Assembly (NCBI GenBank): GCA_963772725.1
Contig: CAVYYI010000001.1
Span: 640,001 to 704,000, forward strand
DNA length: 64,000 nucleotides
Direction of reading: 5' to 3'
Source of the DNA: an uncultured Phycisphaerales bacterium
GTDB taxonomy: Bacteria > Planctomycetota > Phycisphaerae > Sedimentisphaerales > Anaerobacaceae
Shown here one piece after another: positions 20,286 through 32,758 of this stretch (the stretch's first letter is position 1; each line of letters opens with the position of its first letter). The translations under genes and the position numbers were made by a program. The notes beneath the pieces were generated by a model. The model did not search any database and was not told the origin of the DNA. It saw nothing but the letters and a program-made list of their open reading frames with translations.

Positions 20286-23200
20286 CGCCTGATTATAATG
20301 AGACTCCAGGTGATAAAAAGGCAGAACATATTTATACATCCAGCGGGACATATACTGTTGCACTGCGGGTAACGGACAACTTTGGTCAAACTGATATAGA
20401 CACCTGTATCGTTAATGTGATTGCACCTGTTATTAATATTACCCAAAGTAAGGAATACGGTTATATTCAGTCCGCGATTAATGAAGCTGATGATCTTGAT
20501 ATTATTCGAGTTGAACCCAGAATATATCAGGAGAACGTTGATTTTAACGGAGTTAACTGCACGATTAAAAGTATAGATCCCAATAATTGGTTGATAGCAG
20601 GTGCCACTGTTATTCAAGCGAAAGATGCCAATTTACCGGCGGTTTCATTTAGCAATTCCGAAGGCGTTAATGCTGTACTGGCCGGATTTAAAATAAGCGG
20701 CGGATTAAATGGAATTAAATTTAATGGTACATCTGCTGTGGTTAAAAACTGTATTATTACGAATAACGGTCAATTAAGTGATACAGGCGGTGGGATTTAC
20801 GATTGTAATGGTGCATCTCCGTTAATTACAAATTGTTTTATAATTGATAATGATGCCAATTACGGTGCCGGTATTTATAATGAAGATTCATCGCCTGTTA
20901 TTCGCAATTGTGTTATCGGTAAAAACTCAGCGATTTATGATGGCGGAGGCGTTTATGACGTGAATTCTACCGCCGAGCTACTCAACTGTACCCTTACTGA
21001 CAATAATGCCGATAATGGCGGAGGTCTGTATTGCACAGGTTCTTTATCTGATCCTAATATAGTTAGCTGTATATTCTGGGATAATGAGGCAGTTACTAAT
21101 GGCGATGAAATCTACAATAACAATGCCGATCCAAATTTTAAGTATTGTGACATAAAGGATTCGAAACCAGGCGGCAATTGGGATACGGCATTAGGTAACG
21201 ATGACGGGGGTAATATTGCCCAGGATCCGTTGTTTGTGATTACAGAACCTGGGACCTCGAACCTTATATCTCATTGGAAGTTAGACGAAACCGGAGGTAC
21301 TGTAGCATATGATTCAGCAGGTACTCACAATGGAACCGTTACCGATGCCTTATGGGAAAATGGGATATTAGATAATGGAACAGGTTTAGATGGAGACGAG
21401 GATTATATTAACTTTGGTGATATTGATGAGTTAGAGTTTGGAGACAGTAACTTCAGTATATCTGCATGGTTTTATAAGAAAGGTACACACAACTGGAATG
21501 AAAGTGAAGTGGGATGTGGTATGATTGCAAGTAAATACAACTGGGATGACAACTCCAGGCAATGGTTTTTAAGACAAAACAGCAATGATACTATACTGTT
21601 CTATACGAATCCGACTGGCTATCAGAATAATAATGAGAGCCTGAACTCTACCTATGGAGTCTGTAACGATCAGTGGGTGCATGTGGTAGCGGTCAGAAAC
21701 GGTCCTATTAAATCTTTGTATATCAACTCAGTTTTTGACGTCAACGGTGCTACCGCTGGAGTAGTTACGGGCAAAATTGCTAATGTACATATCGGCTGCA
21801 TTCAAGACCCAAGTCACAGGTACCAATTTTTTAATGGTATTATTGACGATGTGCGTATTTATGATAAAGCGTTATCTGCCGATGATATCAATGAAATCTT
21901 TGAATATGGCTTAATTGGTCAGTACAGTTATCGTTTGGCTTATAATTCACCTTGTATAAATGCCGGCAATCCTGTTGCTGATAATGTAGGTGATTTTGAT
22001 ATAGCCAATCAGCCGAGGATATGTAACTATCGTGTAGATATTGGGACTGATGAATACTGCGGCGTTTACAATTCAACTCAGAAAGGATATTACTCCACCA
22101 TACAATCGGCTATTGATAGCGCCAGTAACGGCGATGAAATTGTTGTGGCTCAGGGTACATACTACGAACGAATTAACTATAATAACAAGCGGATTCATCT
22201 TCGCAGTACCGACCCGAATGATTCTAACGTGGTGGTTGCAACCATAATCGATGGCAACAGTACGTCTTTGGATGCTGTAACGTTCAATCATGGTGAGGAT
22301 GCCAATTCCGTTTTGAGCGGTTTTACAATTAAAAGCGGAAGGTACGGTATATACTGCGCCAGTTCATCATCGCCCGCCATAGAAGATTGCAATATTTACG
22401 GGAATACGTCCCATGGCATTTATTGTTATAGTTACTCTTCTCCTATTATCCAAGATTGCGATATCCATAACAATGGGACCAATTCCTATGGCATTTACTG
22501 TTATGATCACTCTTCTCCTTCAATAGAAGTTTGCAATGTTTATGGAAATGCTTCATATGGAATTTATTGTCATAACTCATCTTCTCCTGACATAGAAGAC
22601 TGTATAATTCAAGGGAACAACTCTTGTGGTATCTACTGTCTCAATTCTTCTTCTCCTATAATTACAGACTGTAATATTTCTGAAAATAAATCAACTGGAA
22701 TTGTAACAGTGGGCTATTGTTCACCACAAATTAGCAATTGTATTGTTAAAAATAATAATTATGGTGGTTTAAGTTTTGGCGATCATGATGCTCCTACTGT
22801 TAAATATTGTACAATAGTTAATAATGGTTCTTGTGGCGTATCTTGCGGTAATTATGCGGGTCATCCTGTACTAAGAAATTGTATTATCACAAATCATACC
22901 AATTTTGGTATACTCCGTTCCGAGTATACGTATTTAACAGTTGTTAATTGTACTATTGTTAATAACACTCATTACGGCATTTATGCTTATAATAACCAAA
23001 GTGTCGAAAATTGTATTATTTGGAATAATGGTAATGATTTATACCAATGTGTAGCTATGTATTCGTGTATTGAAGATGATGACCCCGGTATAGGCAACTT
23101 TAATATAAATCCCAGATTTGTAAATCCCAGTGCCAATAATTTCCATCTATTAAACTGGTCACAATGTATTGATGCGGGAAATCCTTCTTCCGATTATTCA

Positions 23201-24069
23201 AAAGAACCTGATCCCAATGGTGGTAGAATAAATATGGCGCTTATGGTAATACTGAAGAAGCTGAATCCAGAGGCGAAGACTTAAACAATGACGGCTTACC
23301 TGATGATTGGCAGGAGTATTACTGGCCAGGTTACAACCCTAATGACCCTAATTATGGTGAGAATGGCAACCCGGATGGTGACGGATTCAATAATATGGTT
23401 GAATATTTATTCGGATATGATCCTAATGTAGTTACAACAGCCAGTATGAAACTAATCATTAGTTCATTTCCTACGTTGTTCAATCCGACACAAAGTGGAA
23501 CAGCAGCTATCGTTTATCTGTTGAATAAGGATGCAACTGTTACGGTAAGTTTTACTAATACAACCACTAGCGAGGTTGTGCGAGTACTGGCGGATAACGT
23601 AACAGCAGGTCTAAATACTATTGTCTGGGATGGAAAAGATACCAGCGGCGAGATAGTGGAGAAAGGCGATTATAGCGTCAGTATTAATGTAAATGACGGG
23701 CTTGGACATATTATAAATAATTCTCCTGGGACAGTTGAACTTTACTATGTTCACGATATCAGTAATCTGTACTGCAATCCAAGCCGTATTATTCCGGCAA
23801 ATAACGAACTTACAACAATTGGCTATAATATAACAGTCGACGCGAATGTTGTTATTGGCATATATGACCCCTGCGGAATACTTTTTGCAACGATAAACGA
23901 GTTCCAGAGAACTGTATCAAATCCACAACAAGTTATATGGTATGGGAGGAATAAAGCTCCTGAAAATCCTGATGGTAAATATCCCTTTAAAGAAGGTACA
24001 TATACCGTAAAGGTGAAATTTGCCGGTATGAGAGAAAATGAAACTACTACTCTAACAATTTATAAATAA
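20286..24069 (+). CDS. Large extracellular protein, 5'-truncated by IS21: partial PKD, beta-helix, LamG, beta-helix, Ca-binding repeats, two FlgD-Ig-like domains (1-nt deletion near 23237)
   Basis: HIYTSSGTYTVALRVTD; GGGIY/NCII repeats; SHWKLDE...FNGIIDDVRIYDKALS; restoring RINMGAYGNT joins it to DLNNDGLPDDW and ORF 23395-24069 (IVWDGKD...GDY). Confidence 0.8.
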
Positions 24070-24084
24070 TATGGAGTATTGCTT

Positions 24085-27000
24085 ATGAAAAAGATATTTT
24101 GCATTTCCTTGATATTATTTGGTATTTCAAACCTTTCTTATGGAGAGTCACTTGACTGCTATAATGAAAATCAAGGCCCCGGTGTTTATTCAAATGGCTC
24201 GACGTCAATTGACATTGTGATTTGGGCAGATGTATATAATTATTATGGCCCAAAGGCGATGAAAAGATATATTCACTACCAATACTTTGAATCCACAGGA
24301 TGGACTGGACCAAAATATTATACAATGACAGAAAGGTTTGGTTCTTATTGCGATGTATATGAGATAGATGAATATGATATATGTGAATATATTTACAATA
24401 ATCCAGGTCAAGACCAGAATGACAGTATATTGGCATGGGGCTGTGCGGCTGCGTCTTTGGCTGAAAGCGGAGCAATGCAGGATATCTTAAATGGCCTGGG
24501 AACTCCGGATGATTTAACAGACATCGTCAGCAGTGTAATTGATATGGAAAGCGGTAGTATTAATGATGCGCCGGCAGTACCGCCTTATGAAAATCCAGCA
24601 GGCAGTTCCGAAAAGGCCGACCCTGTATTTATGAGTAACGGCGAATATGGCCTTTCAGCGACGGATATAATAATCCCGGGGAAAGTTTTACCTGTCATAA
24701 TCACAAGAACTTACGGCAGCAAAAGAGAATATAATTCACATTTCGGTTACGGCTGGGATATGAATTATAATATGAAGGTTCGCCGCCTTGCCGATACAAA
24801 CTCGGTTATTTTACTCGATGGTGGCGGATACAGACGGGAATATACGCGAGATGTTAGCGACCCGAATATTTACGAACGCTCTGAAGATAAAGGCACCTAT
24901 TTTGACTATGATAGTGTAAATGAGACCTTTACGCTCGTTAACAAAAGCGGCATGGAATATGCATTTGACCCCAACAACGGCAATCTTTCATCAATTACGG
25001 ATAAAAATGGCAACAGGATTAATTTTGAATATGATTCCAGTGGTTTAATGCCGATATACGGCCCTTCCAGCTATTTTCAAATAGAGCAGTATAATGGCCC
25101 GGAAAATAAATACGGTCTTGTCGCGATGGAATACCGCCTATCTGCAATCGTTGATGACTTGAATCGCAGGATTGAATTTGCCTATGATTCTAACGGCCTT
25201 GTTTCGTCGATTACAGATTTTGCCGACAGGACGTGGATATACAGTTATAACTCCAATACCAACGACCTTATCCAGGTAACCGACCCCAATAACTTAACGA
25301 TAAAATATAGTTATGACTTCAACCATAATTTGCTGACTGTAACCGACGCAAATAATCAGACGTATCTTGAAAATCATTATGCCTATAATCTTGACGAAAA
25401 TGTCGAATGGCAAAAATACGGCGACGCCAATTATGTATTTACTTATGACGATGCAAACAACAAAGCTGTAACAACCGACCGCGAAGGTTATGTAACAAAT
25501 ATGCTTTACAGCAGTTCGGGGCAGATATTAAGTGAAACCGTTTATACCGCCGATTCCAATGATGAGCCGAATTCCTTTACGACGCAGCATTTATATGATT
25601 CGGCCAGTCTGGAACTGTTAAGAACAACTCTTCCGGCGGGTAATTGTATTGATTACACTTATGACGGCATGGCAAACGTTACCGGCGTATATAGAAAAAC
25701 CGAACCCAATGAGCCGAACCTTGCTGATGAGCCCAATGTTATAGGAGTGACATATACTTATGATTCTAATCATATTTATGATATCAACAGCGTTACAGAT
25801 CCGATGGGTAATACTACTAAATTTGAATATGACACAAATGGCAATGTAACAAAAATTACCTACCCGCAGGTTGCGGTTTACGGCCAGGCGGCACAGCAGC
25901 CTGTTGTTGAATATACATATAATCAATACGGCCAGACTGAGACCGTTACCGCTCCCGATGGGATTGTTACAAAATACCAATACTATACCAATGCCAACGA
26001 TGTGAATAATTTCGGTCATCTGTGGAAAACGATTGCCGACTATAATGAGACTGGCGGGATGAATATTGCAACTGAATATCAATACGACCGGCTTGGCAGG
26101 GTTATTGAGGTAACCGACTCCAACGGTGATACAACTAAATTCGAATACAACAAGCTTGATTTACTGACCAAAACCACAACTCCTTCTCCTTATGAATATG
26201 TAACAAATTTTACTTATAATAAAAATAAAAAGCTAAAAACGACAACTAAAGTAAAAACAGGCGATGACCAGATAACAAGCTGCGGCTATGATATTCTTGA
26301 CAATTTAAAGACTGTTACAGACCCGCTGGGCTTTACAACGGCTTACGGCTACACTAAAAACGAGGATCCTAACCTTGTTAGGGATGCAGAAAATAATTCC
26401 ACTAAATCAGTCTATGATGAAAGAGGACTGGTAAAAGAGGTTATCGACGCCAATGGCAATATCACCCAATATACCTATACGCCCAACGGTGATATAAATA
26501 GTATCGAGGATGCACGGGGTAATATAACAAACTATGCGTATGATAAATTCGGCAGACTGCACTGGGTTCAGTATCCCAATGATACAAATGAGGTCTTTGG
26601 CTACGATAAAAATTCTAATATCATCAGCAAGAAGAATCGCGGCGGCCAGATAATCAAGTTTGAATATGATGCACTTAATCGCCTTGAGGTAAAGAATAGA
26701 CTCACTGACCCCAATATTTATTTTTCTTATGATATTGCCGGGAGAGTTAAGGAAGTCAATGACCTGCGGTCTGTCAGCAATGGCGGTGGCATTACAACTT
26801 ATGGTTATGACCACACAGGCAGGATTACACAGACTCAAGACCCAGGACTCAAGACCATAGACTATGAATATAACAGCAGAGGATTAAGGACAAAATTGAC
26901 ATATCCAGATGATAGCAATGTAACCTATAAATATGATTCATTGTCACGCTTGACAGAAATCAAATACAACAATTCAATAGTGGCAAGCTATGGCTACGAT

Positions 27001-28451
27001 GAATTATCACGAAGAAAACTTCTTACATTAGGTAATGATGCTAATGCTGTTTATACTTATGATTTAGGTGACAGACTGACAAAACTGGATAACCATATCA
27101 GTGGTGCGACGCATATAATATTCGACTATACTCATGATAACGTAGGAAACAGGAAAACACTGACGATAGATTCTAATCTGACCGATAAATATTATTATGC
27201 GTATGATAATCTCTATCAGTTGAAAAATGTAAATTTCCCGACTGAAGGGACAAATATTGAAAGTTTTACTTATGGCCTATTAGGTAACAGAAGCGTCTCG
27301 ATGGGTTATACAACAAATATTCTGAATCAATATACGGTAGTCAACAGTATCAGCTACACTTACGATTCCAAAGGAAATCTTACTTATGATGGAACTTACA
27401 CTTATATTTATGATTCGGAAAATCGCCTCATAGACGTTAACGACACGAGTAGCAGTGTTGCGAAATATAAATACGATTACTCAGGTCGACGGGTGTCAAA
27501 GACTGTTGACGGCACAACCATAAAATATTGTTACGAAGGTGACAAAATCATAGCAGAGTATGACGGCAGTGGGAATTTATTGCGAAATTTGTTTATGGCC
27601 CCGGCATTGATGAACCAATCTGTATGATGAATGTCTCTGGGGGAACCGAAACAGCGTATTATTATCATTTCGATGGGCTTGGTTCTGTAACATCGTTGAG
27701 TAATTCTTCCGGCGGTATTGTGGAAAGATATAGTTATGACGTATTTGGTGAGCCAAACAGAGTAAGCAGTATAGGTAATCCTTACTTATTTACAGGGCGC
27801 CAATATGATGAAGAGACTGGGAATTATTATTATCGTGCTAGATACTACAAACCAAGCATGGGGAGATTCCTACAAATTGACTCTTTGGGATATTATGATT
27901 CTGCAAATCTTTATCAATATTGCGGCAATAATCCTGCCTCGTTTATTGATCCATCAGGATTAAAGATTGAGATTATAGGTGATAAAACTGCATTTCAACA
28001 AGCAAGTACTTATTTATCGAAATCACCAACGTACAATGCTACATTGGGATATTTGGAATCGCAACCCGATACATATTATGTTGTTATAAATAATGACTCA
28101 GATAACAGGTTTGGTTATCATACAGCACAACAAGCTGGAGTTGTTGCAGTTTATTGGGATCCCAAAGTTGCGGTCGAAGTTATCCCCCAATCGGATATAG
28201 AACCTAAGAATAAAACGCTAAGCCCTTCTTTAGGATTGGCTCATGAACTCGAACATATGAAGGAATATATTTTAAATAAGGGTAAATTAGATATGACGCC
28301 TCTAAATAATGGTTACGACACAAAAGAAGAGCAGCGTGTGATCGTGGGACCAGAACGGCAAATTGCAATGGAACTTGGAGAATCTTTAAGACACAATCAC
28401 AAAGGAAAACCTTTCTTTGTGGATAATCCAACAAAACGGTGTAAAAAATAA
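24085..28451 (+). CDS. Rhs/YD-repeat polymorphic toxin with signal peptide and C-terminal HExxH metallopeptidase-like domain (1-nt deletion near 27585)
   Basis: MKKIFCISLILFG signal; DPV...FGYGW (DUF6531-like); YD repeats; core YYYRARYY...NPASFIDPSGL; toxin LAHELEH...EEQRVI. Confidence 0.9.
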
Positions 28452-28480
28452 ACCATCTGAATTTTTGAAAGGAAATATAA

Positions 28481-29011
28481 ATGGGAAATTTGAAAACAGC
28501 TAAAATAGTATTTGTACTGAGTAGTTGTGTTGTTTGCTTATTCTTCTGCGTTTTAATCAGAGCCTCTGAAAATGTAGAGTTACATGGAATAACTGATATA
28601 AATAATTTAACATTTACAAGAATCGAGTGTTTTTATTATGATTGGCGAGATCTCACATTGCCTATTTCGGAATCAGATTTAGTAAAACAAAAATATACAT
28701 ATAAGGTTATTGTTAAATCAGATTCCGCCCTCTACATGCTTAAACTGAAAAAAGTATTTAGTAGATTGAAATTGAAAGAGGTTAGTTCTAAGGATAATCT
28801 GGATTGTCGTTTGGCGTTTGTTTTCTATAATAATGAGCAACAAGTGCTGGATATAACTTTTGCCAAGAACCAGTCGATTATTTTGATGAATGGCAAAGCT
28901 TACATCTTTAGTGCTGACATATTAAAAACGTTGATGCCAATATTGCCCTTGACTGCTAATGAAAGTATAAATCAATTTATGCTTGATAATTGGGAATATT
29001 CGTATAAGTAA
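28481..29011 (+). CDS. Putative cognate immunity protein (exported or membrane-anchored)
   Basis: Directly after the Rhs toxin; N-terminal hydrophobic segment; AAAGGA RBS. Confidence 0.6.
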   Translation: MGNLKTAKIVFVLSSCVVCLFFCVLIRASENVELHGITDINNLTFTRIECFYYDWRDLTLPISESDLVKQKYTYKVIVKSDSALYMLKLKKVFSRLKLKEVSSKDNLDCRLAFVFYNNEQQVLDITFAKNQSIILMNGKAYIFSADILKTLMPILPLTANESINQFMLDNWEYSYK

Positions 29012-29142
29012 TGGTTGCTTTCTGTAGACTTGAGAAGGTGAATGATGCTGAAAATAATAAGGTTGCCGTTCTCGAAAATTTAATCTGTTACCGTAAAACG
29101 GTAAGTTCGATAAGTTCTTTGACAATTTAATAGAGTTTGCAA

Positions 29143-30551
29143 GATAACGTCGGCAACCGCAAGAATATGGTCGTTGACGGTGATGAGCATAGCTATACTT
29201 ATGATGTCCTGTATCAGAGCTTACACACGTCAATTATCCGACGGCATGGGGCGTAGCTGATGCAAATTACTATTACGATGCATTAAGTAGTCGAACAAGC
29301 GTTTATAATGGTGGTACCACAACGTATAATCGCAACAATCTTAACCAATATACTTCAGTCGGTGGCATTTCTTACACCTACGATGCCAAAGGCAATTTAA
29401 CCGGTGATGGGACACATCTGTATTATTATGATTGCGAGAACAGGCTGACTGATGTCAATGACCAGAGCGATAATCCCGTAGCATCTTACAAATATGATTT
29501 TTCCGGTCGGCGAATTTCAAAAACCGTTAGCGGCACAATAACGAAATACTGTTACGACGGGGACCAGATTGTTGCTGAATATGTGAATAACACATTGGTT
29601 CGCAAATTCATATATGGCCCTGGAATCGACGAGCCAATCTGTATGATTAATGTTTCAGGGGGTAATGAGACGAAGTATTATTATCACTTTGATGGAACGG
29701 GCAGCGTGATAGCTCTTTCAAATATTAATGGGAACGTTGTTGAGCGATACAGCTACGATGTCTTTGGCGAGCCGAACAGGGTAAGCAATATCGGTAATCC
29801 GTATTTGTTCACAGCAAGAGCTTATGATGCCGAAAGTGGAAATTATTACTATCGTGCCAGATATTACAAGCCATCGATAGGACGATTCCTGCAGACAGAC
29901 AGGATTGGCTACACAGACGGCCTGAATATGTACAGCTATTGTGGGAATAATCCATTGAATTTTACAGACCCGTTTGGTTTATGTAAAGGTGGTGGCGGTG
30001 GTTTTGGGTCGAATTTGTGGGGCGGCAAGTATTTTGGTACAGGCTATGGTGCAAGTGCTACAGATTACTGGGCTGCTCGTGGAGTTGCATCAAAAACTTG
30101 GTATGGCAAGGCGGGCAATTATTTTATGGGCGGTTTTTCGGCTTTGTGGACTCCAGAAACATATAAGGAAACAGCATTTACTTTAGGAACAGCCGGGTAT
30201 GGTGCAATACAGACAAGATTAGCGGCCAATCTCGCCTCAGAAGGGAGTGAGGGCTTACAAACTGGCATAAAAGTTTACCGAGTGTGGGGTGATGGTGCTG
30301 GTTCGGCGGGTAGATCATGGACAACGGTAAATCCTTCAACTGTAACAAACTTTCGTAACGTAGCAGGATTGCCGTCGCAAAACGCAGGGCGGTTTGTCAG
30401 TGAAGGAATTTTAGAAGATGTTATGGGTGTAACTCGTCGAGCGGCATTGAAGTTAGGGTCTAACAGTGGTGGTTTGCCTGAGTTAGTGGTTCCAAATCCG
30501 CAAACCCAGATATCACTTATAAGAGTGTCTGGCGTAAATCCTCCGTTTTAA
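29143..30551 (+). pseudogene. Orphan Rhs core plus alternative C-terminal toxin cassette
   Basis: Begins abruptly at DNVGNRK (paralogous to ~27136), no RBS or N-terminus; core ends FTDPFGL, followed by a different tip (VYRVWG...SWTT...GGLPELVV). Confidence 0.85.
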
Positions 30552-30568
30552 GATGCAGGAGTTTTTAG

Positions 30569-30934
30569 ATGAAACATATTAAAAACAATTTTTGTTATGT
30601 TCCAGCCAAAAAGATTAAGTTCATTTTTGAGCAAGACGGTCCACCTGAACAAAAATTGAAAACTGAGTTATCTAAATTATTTATCTCTGACAGAAATATT
30701 TTTAAAGCCTATCTTATTAGAATAGTATATGAATCTTCTAATGATTACACGGTTGCTTTGTGTGTGGCGATGACTTCTGGCGATGAAATAATGATCGTCA
30801 GAAAAATAGCAAATATTTTTTCAAAAATGTTTGGTGAAGATCAACATTTGGAGATAATGTTTTTAGATGATAAAATGGAAACTAAAGTTGCAGGAGCATG
30901 TGGTCCTTTTTACGTCAAGAGCATTAATGGTTAA
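30569..30934 (+). CDS. Putative immunity protein, SseB C-terminal-domain-like
   Basis: Follows the orphan toxin; AGGAG RBS; IFKAYL...LEIMFL...PFY pattern. Confidence 0.6.
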   Translation: MKHIKNNFCYVPAKKIKFIFEQDGPPEQKLKTELSKLFISDRNIFKAYLIRIVYESSNDYTVALCVAMTSGDEIMIVRKIANIFSKMFGEDQHLEIMFLDDKMETKVAGACGPFYVKSING

Positions 30935-30936
30935 AT

Positions 30937-31317
30937 ATGAAAACAAAACCTAATTTTTACCTAGTGTCCAGCGAGTGGCGAGTTTTAAAAGAACCGCGGG
31001 AATGTTGGATTTTAAATAGATTTAAGTATGGTGACAGAGATGATTTGTTCTTAGTTAAGATAAGTCCCCCAATTATCTATGAGGACAAACAAGAAGGCCG
31101 CGTGGAGCTGGAACAAATCATTATTGCTTCTAGACATGAAGGGATAACGGTAGCGGCTATTAAAGAATGGCCGGTTTATGTGCATCTGGCGAGATTTAAG
31201 AAAAATTTGACTCCGGATACTAACTTGCTCATAGAAAGTGATATTGAAAACGTTGCATGGGGTGAAATATATCCTTCTTATCAGGCCGCATGGAATGGAA
31301 TATCGGGTAGTCCGTAA
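30937..31317 (+). CDS. Hypothetical protein (possible orphan immunity)
   Basis: 126-aa ORF immediately after the previous gene. Confidence 0.6.
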   Translation: MKTKPNFYLVSSEWRVLKEPRECWILNRFKYGDRDDLFLVKISPPIIYEDKQEGRVELEQIIIASRHEGITVAAIKEWPVYVHLARFKKNLTPDTNLLIESDIENVAWGEIYPSYQAAWNGISGSP

Positions 31318-31412
31318 TATAAAAGACATTTGCAGCATTGTTCCTCCCAAAGATTAAATCCGAGCGATTGAAACAAGAAACTCTTTAAGTTCTTTGACAA
31401 TATAATAACAAG

Positions 31413-31706
31413 TCCTGGAATTGATGAACCCGTTTGTATGATTGACGTTTCCGGCGGCAATGTGGTATATTATTATCACTTTGATGGTTTAGGTTTTTGC
31501 TGTTGCTCTTTCAAATATTAATGGGATGTCGAGCGGTATAGTTACGATGTGTTTGGCGAACCTAACAGGTAAGCAGCATTGGTAATCCATATTTGTTTAC
31601 AGGAAGAGCCTACGATGATGAAACAGGTAATTATTATTACCTCGCAGATATTACAAGCCGAGCATAGATAGATTCCTCCAGACAGATCACATTGGTTATG
31701 CCGGAA
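31413..31706 (+). pseudogene. Third, heavily degenerate Rhs core fragment
   Basis: PGIDEPVCMIDVSGG...YYYHFDGLG...ERYSYDVFGEPN...GNPYLFTGRAYDDETGNYYY...RFLQTD recognisable across several frameshifts. Confidence 0.85.
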
Positions 31707-31824
31707 GTTTTGGAATTACGAGAGAGTGTTGCTGCGGGACAACGAATTTTTAGGCGGGAATTTCCCAAAGTCAGCAGCCGCAGAAGGACAATATTGGTCT
31801 CCTCAATTAATTAGGAGCACAAAC

Positions 31825-32097
31825 ATGACAATTACAAAATATCACAATGTAGAGGATGTTTATGTAGTAGTTCGACAACTACGCGACAAACTTTTGGCAT
31901 GTGGCGAAGAACAGGCGGCTAAAGAGCTTGATGAAACCATGTCGTCTTTTTGGACAACTTCTTCTGCGGCACTTGGTGAAATCAAATTTATTCTTCTCAA
32001 AGTGCGTCCTATAGCAGAAAAAGTATTGGATAAGGAAACTTTAGGATTATTAGATAGTGCTATCAAGGGTGCAACTAAACTTTGGAATGGCAATTGA
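31825..32097 (+). CDS. Small helical hypothetical protein (possible orphan immunity)
   Basis: AGGAG RBS before ATG 31825; follows the third Rhs remnant. Confidence 0.6.
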   Translation: MTITKYHNVEDVYVVVRQLRDKLLACGEEQAAKELDETMSSFWTTSSAALGEIKFILLKVRPIAEKVLDKETLGLLDSAIKGATKLWNGN

Positions 32098-32246
32098 TCG
32101 GATTAGTTGGTTTCACATTTTAATGTGAGCAAAATTAAAGATGCTTCGGATGTTTATGATTTTGTAAGATATACGTCGAATTTTATGATGGGCGGCTCTC
32201 TTAATTCAGGAGCGTCCATGAAGTACATTTTTGGAGATTTTTAAAT

Positions 32247-32756
32247 ATGGCAAGAAAGGCAGCGTTATTTCTCTCTCACTGGCACAAACTCTTTGATGGT
32301 TTACAGGAGTCGTCCGAAAAGGTCTACCAGATAATAGAAGCGGAGGTTCGTAAGCAGAATTTACCTGATGTGAAATTATCCCGGGTAACGTATAGTGAAA
32401 AGGGGATACTCTCCGCTAAGCGGGAGTACCTGAGAGTTAAGCGGCAGGGGCGTATTTTTGATATCTGTGCCGCGCCGTTTGGCAGTAATTTTTTCATTTC
32501 CTGGTGGCTCGGCGAAACGCCGGGAGTTATAGCAAGTTTAATTATGCAAATCCCGGTTATAGGGCCATTGTTAGTCGGAACCTTCAAGCCGGAAACTTAC
32601 TACACACTCGATACCACTCTAATGTTCCAGGATTCAGTGCATTCGGCAGTCCTTAATGCTATGGATAAATTTACAGCGATAAGAGGCCTTAGACTGATGA
32701 CAGAGCTTGAAAGAAAACCAATTCTTAGCGATCTGCTCAGGAGTAAGATTGCATAG
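32247..32756 (+). CDS. Hypothetical membrane-associated protein
   Basis: GGAG RBS; EYLRV...FDICAAPFG..FFISWWL plus a hydrophobic stretch; 2 nt from the downstream ATPase gene. Confidence 0.75.
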   Translation: MARKAALFLSHWHKLFDGLQESSEKVYQIIEAEVRKQNLPDVKLSRVTYSEKGILSAKREYLRVKRQGRIFDICAAPFGSNFFISWWLGETPGVIASLIMQIPVIGPLLVGTFKPETYYTLDTTLMFQDSVHSAVLNAMDKFTAIRGLRLMTELERKPILSDLLRSKIA

Positions 32757-32758
32757 CC

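Noticed and set aside
27500..31706. Three similar Rhs core copies as DGR template/variable repeats
   Set aside because: No reverse transcriptase in the window and differences are not confined to adenines; orphan rhs cassettes explain them.
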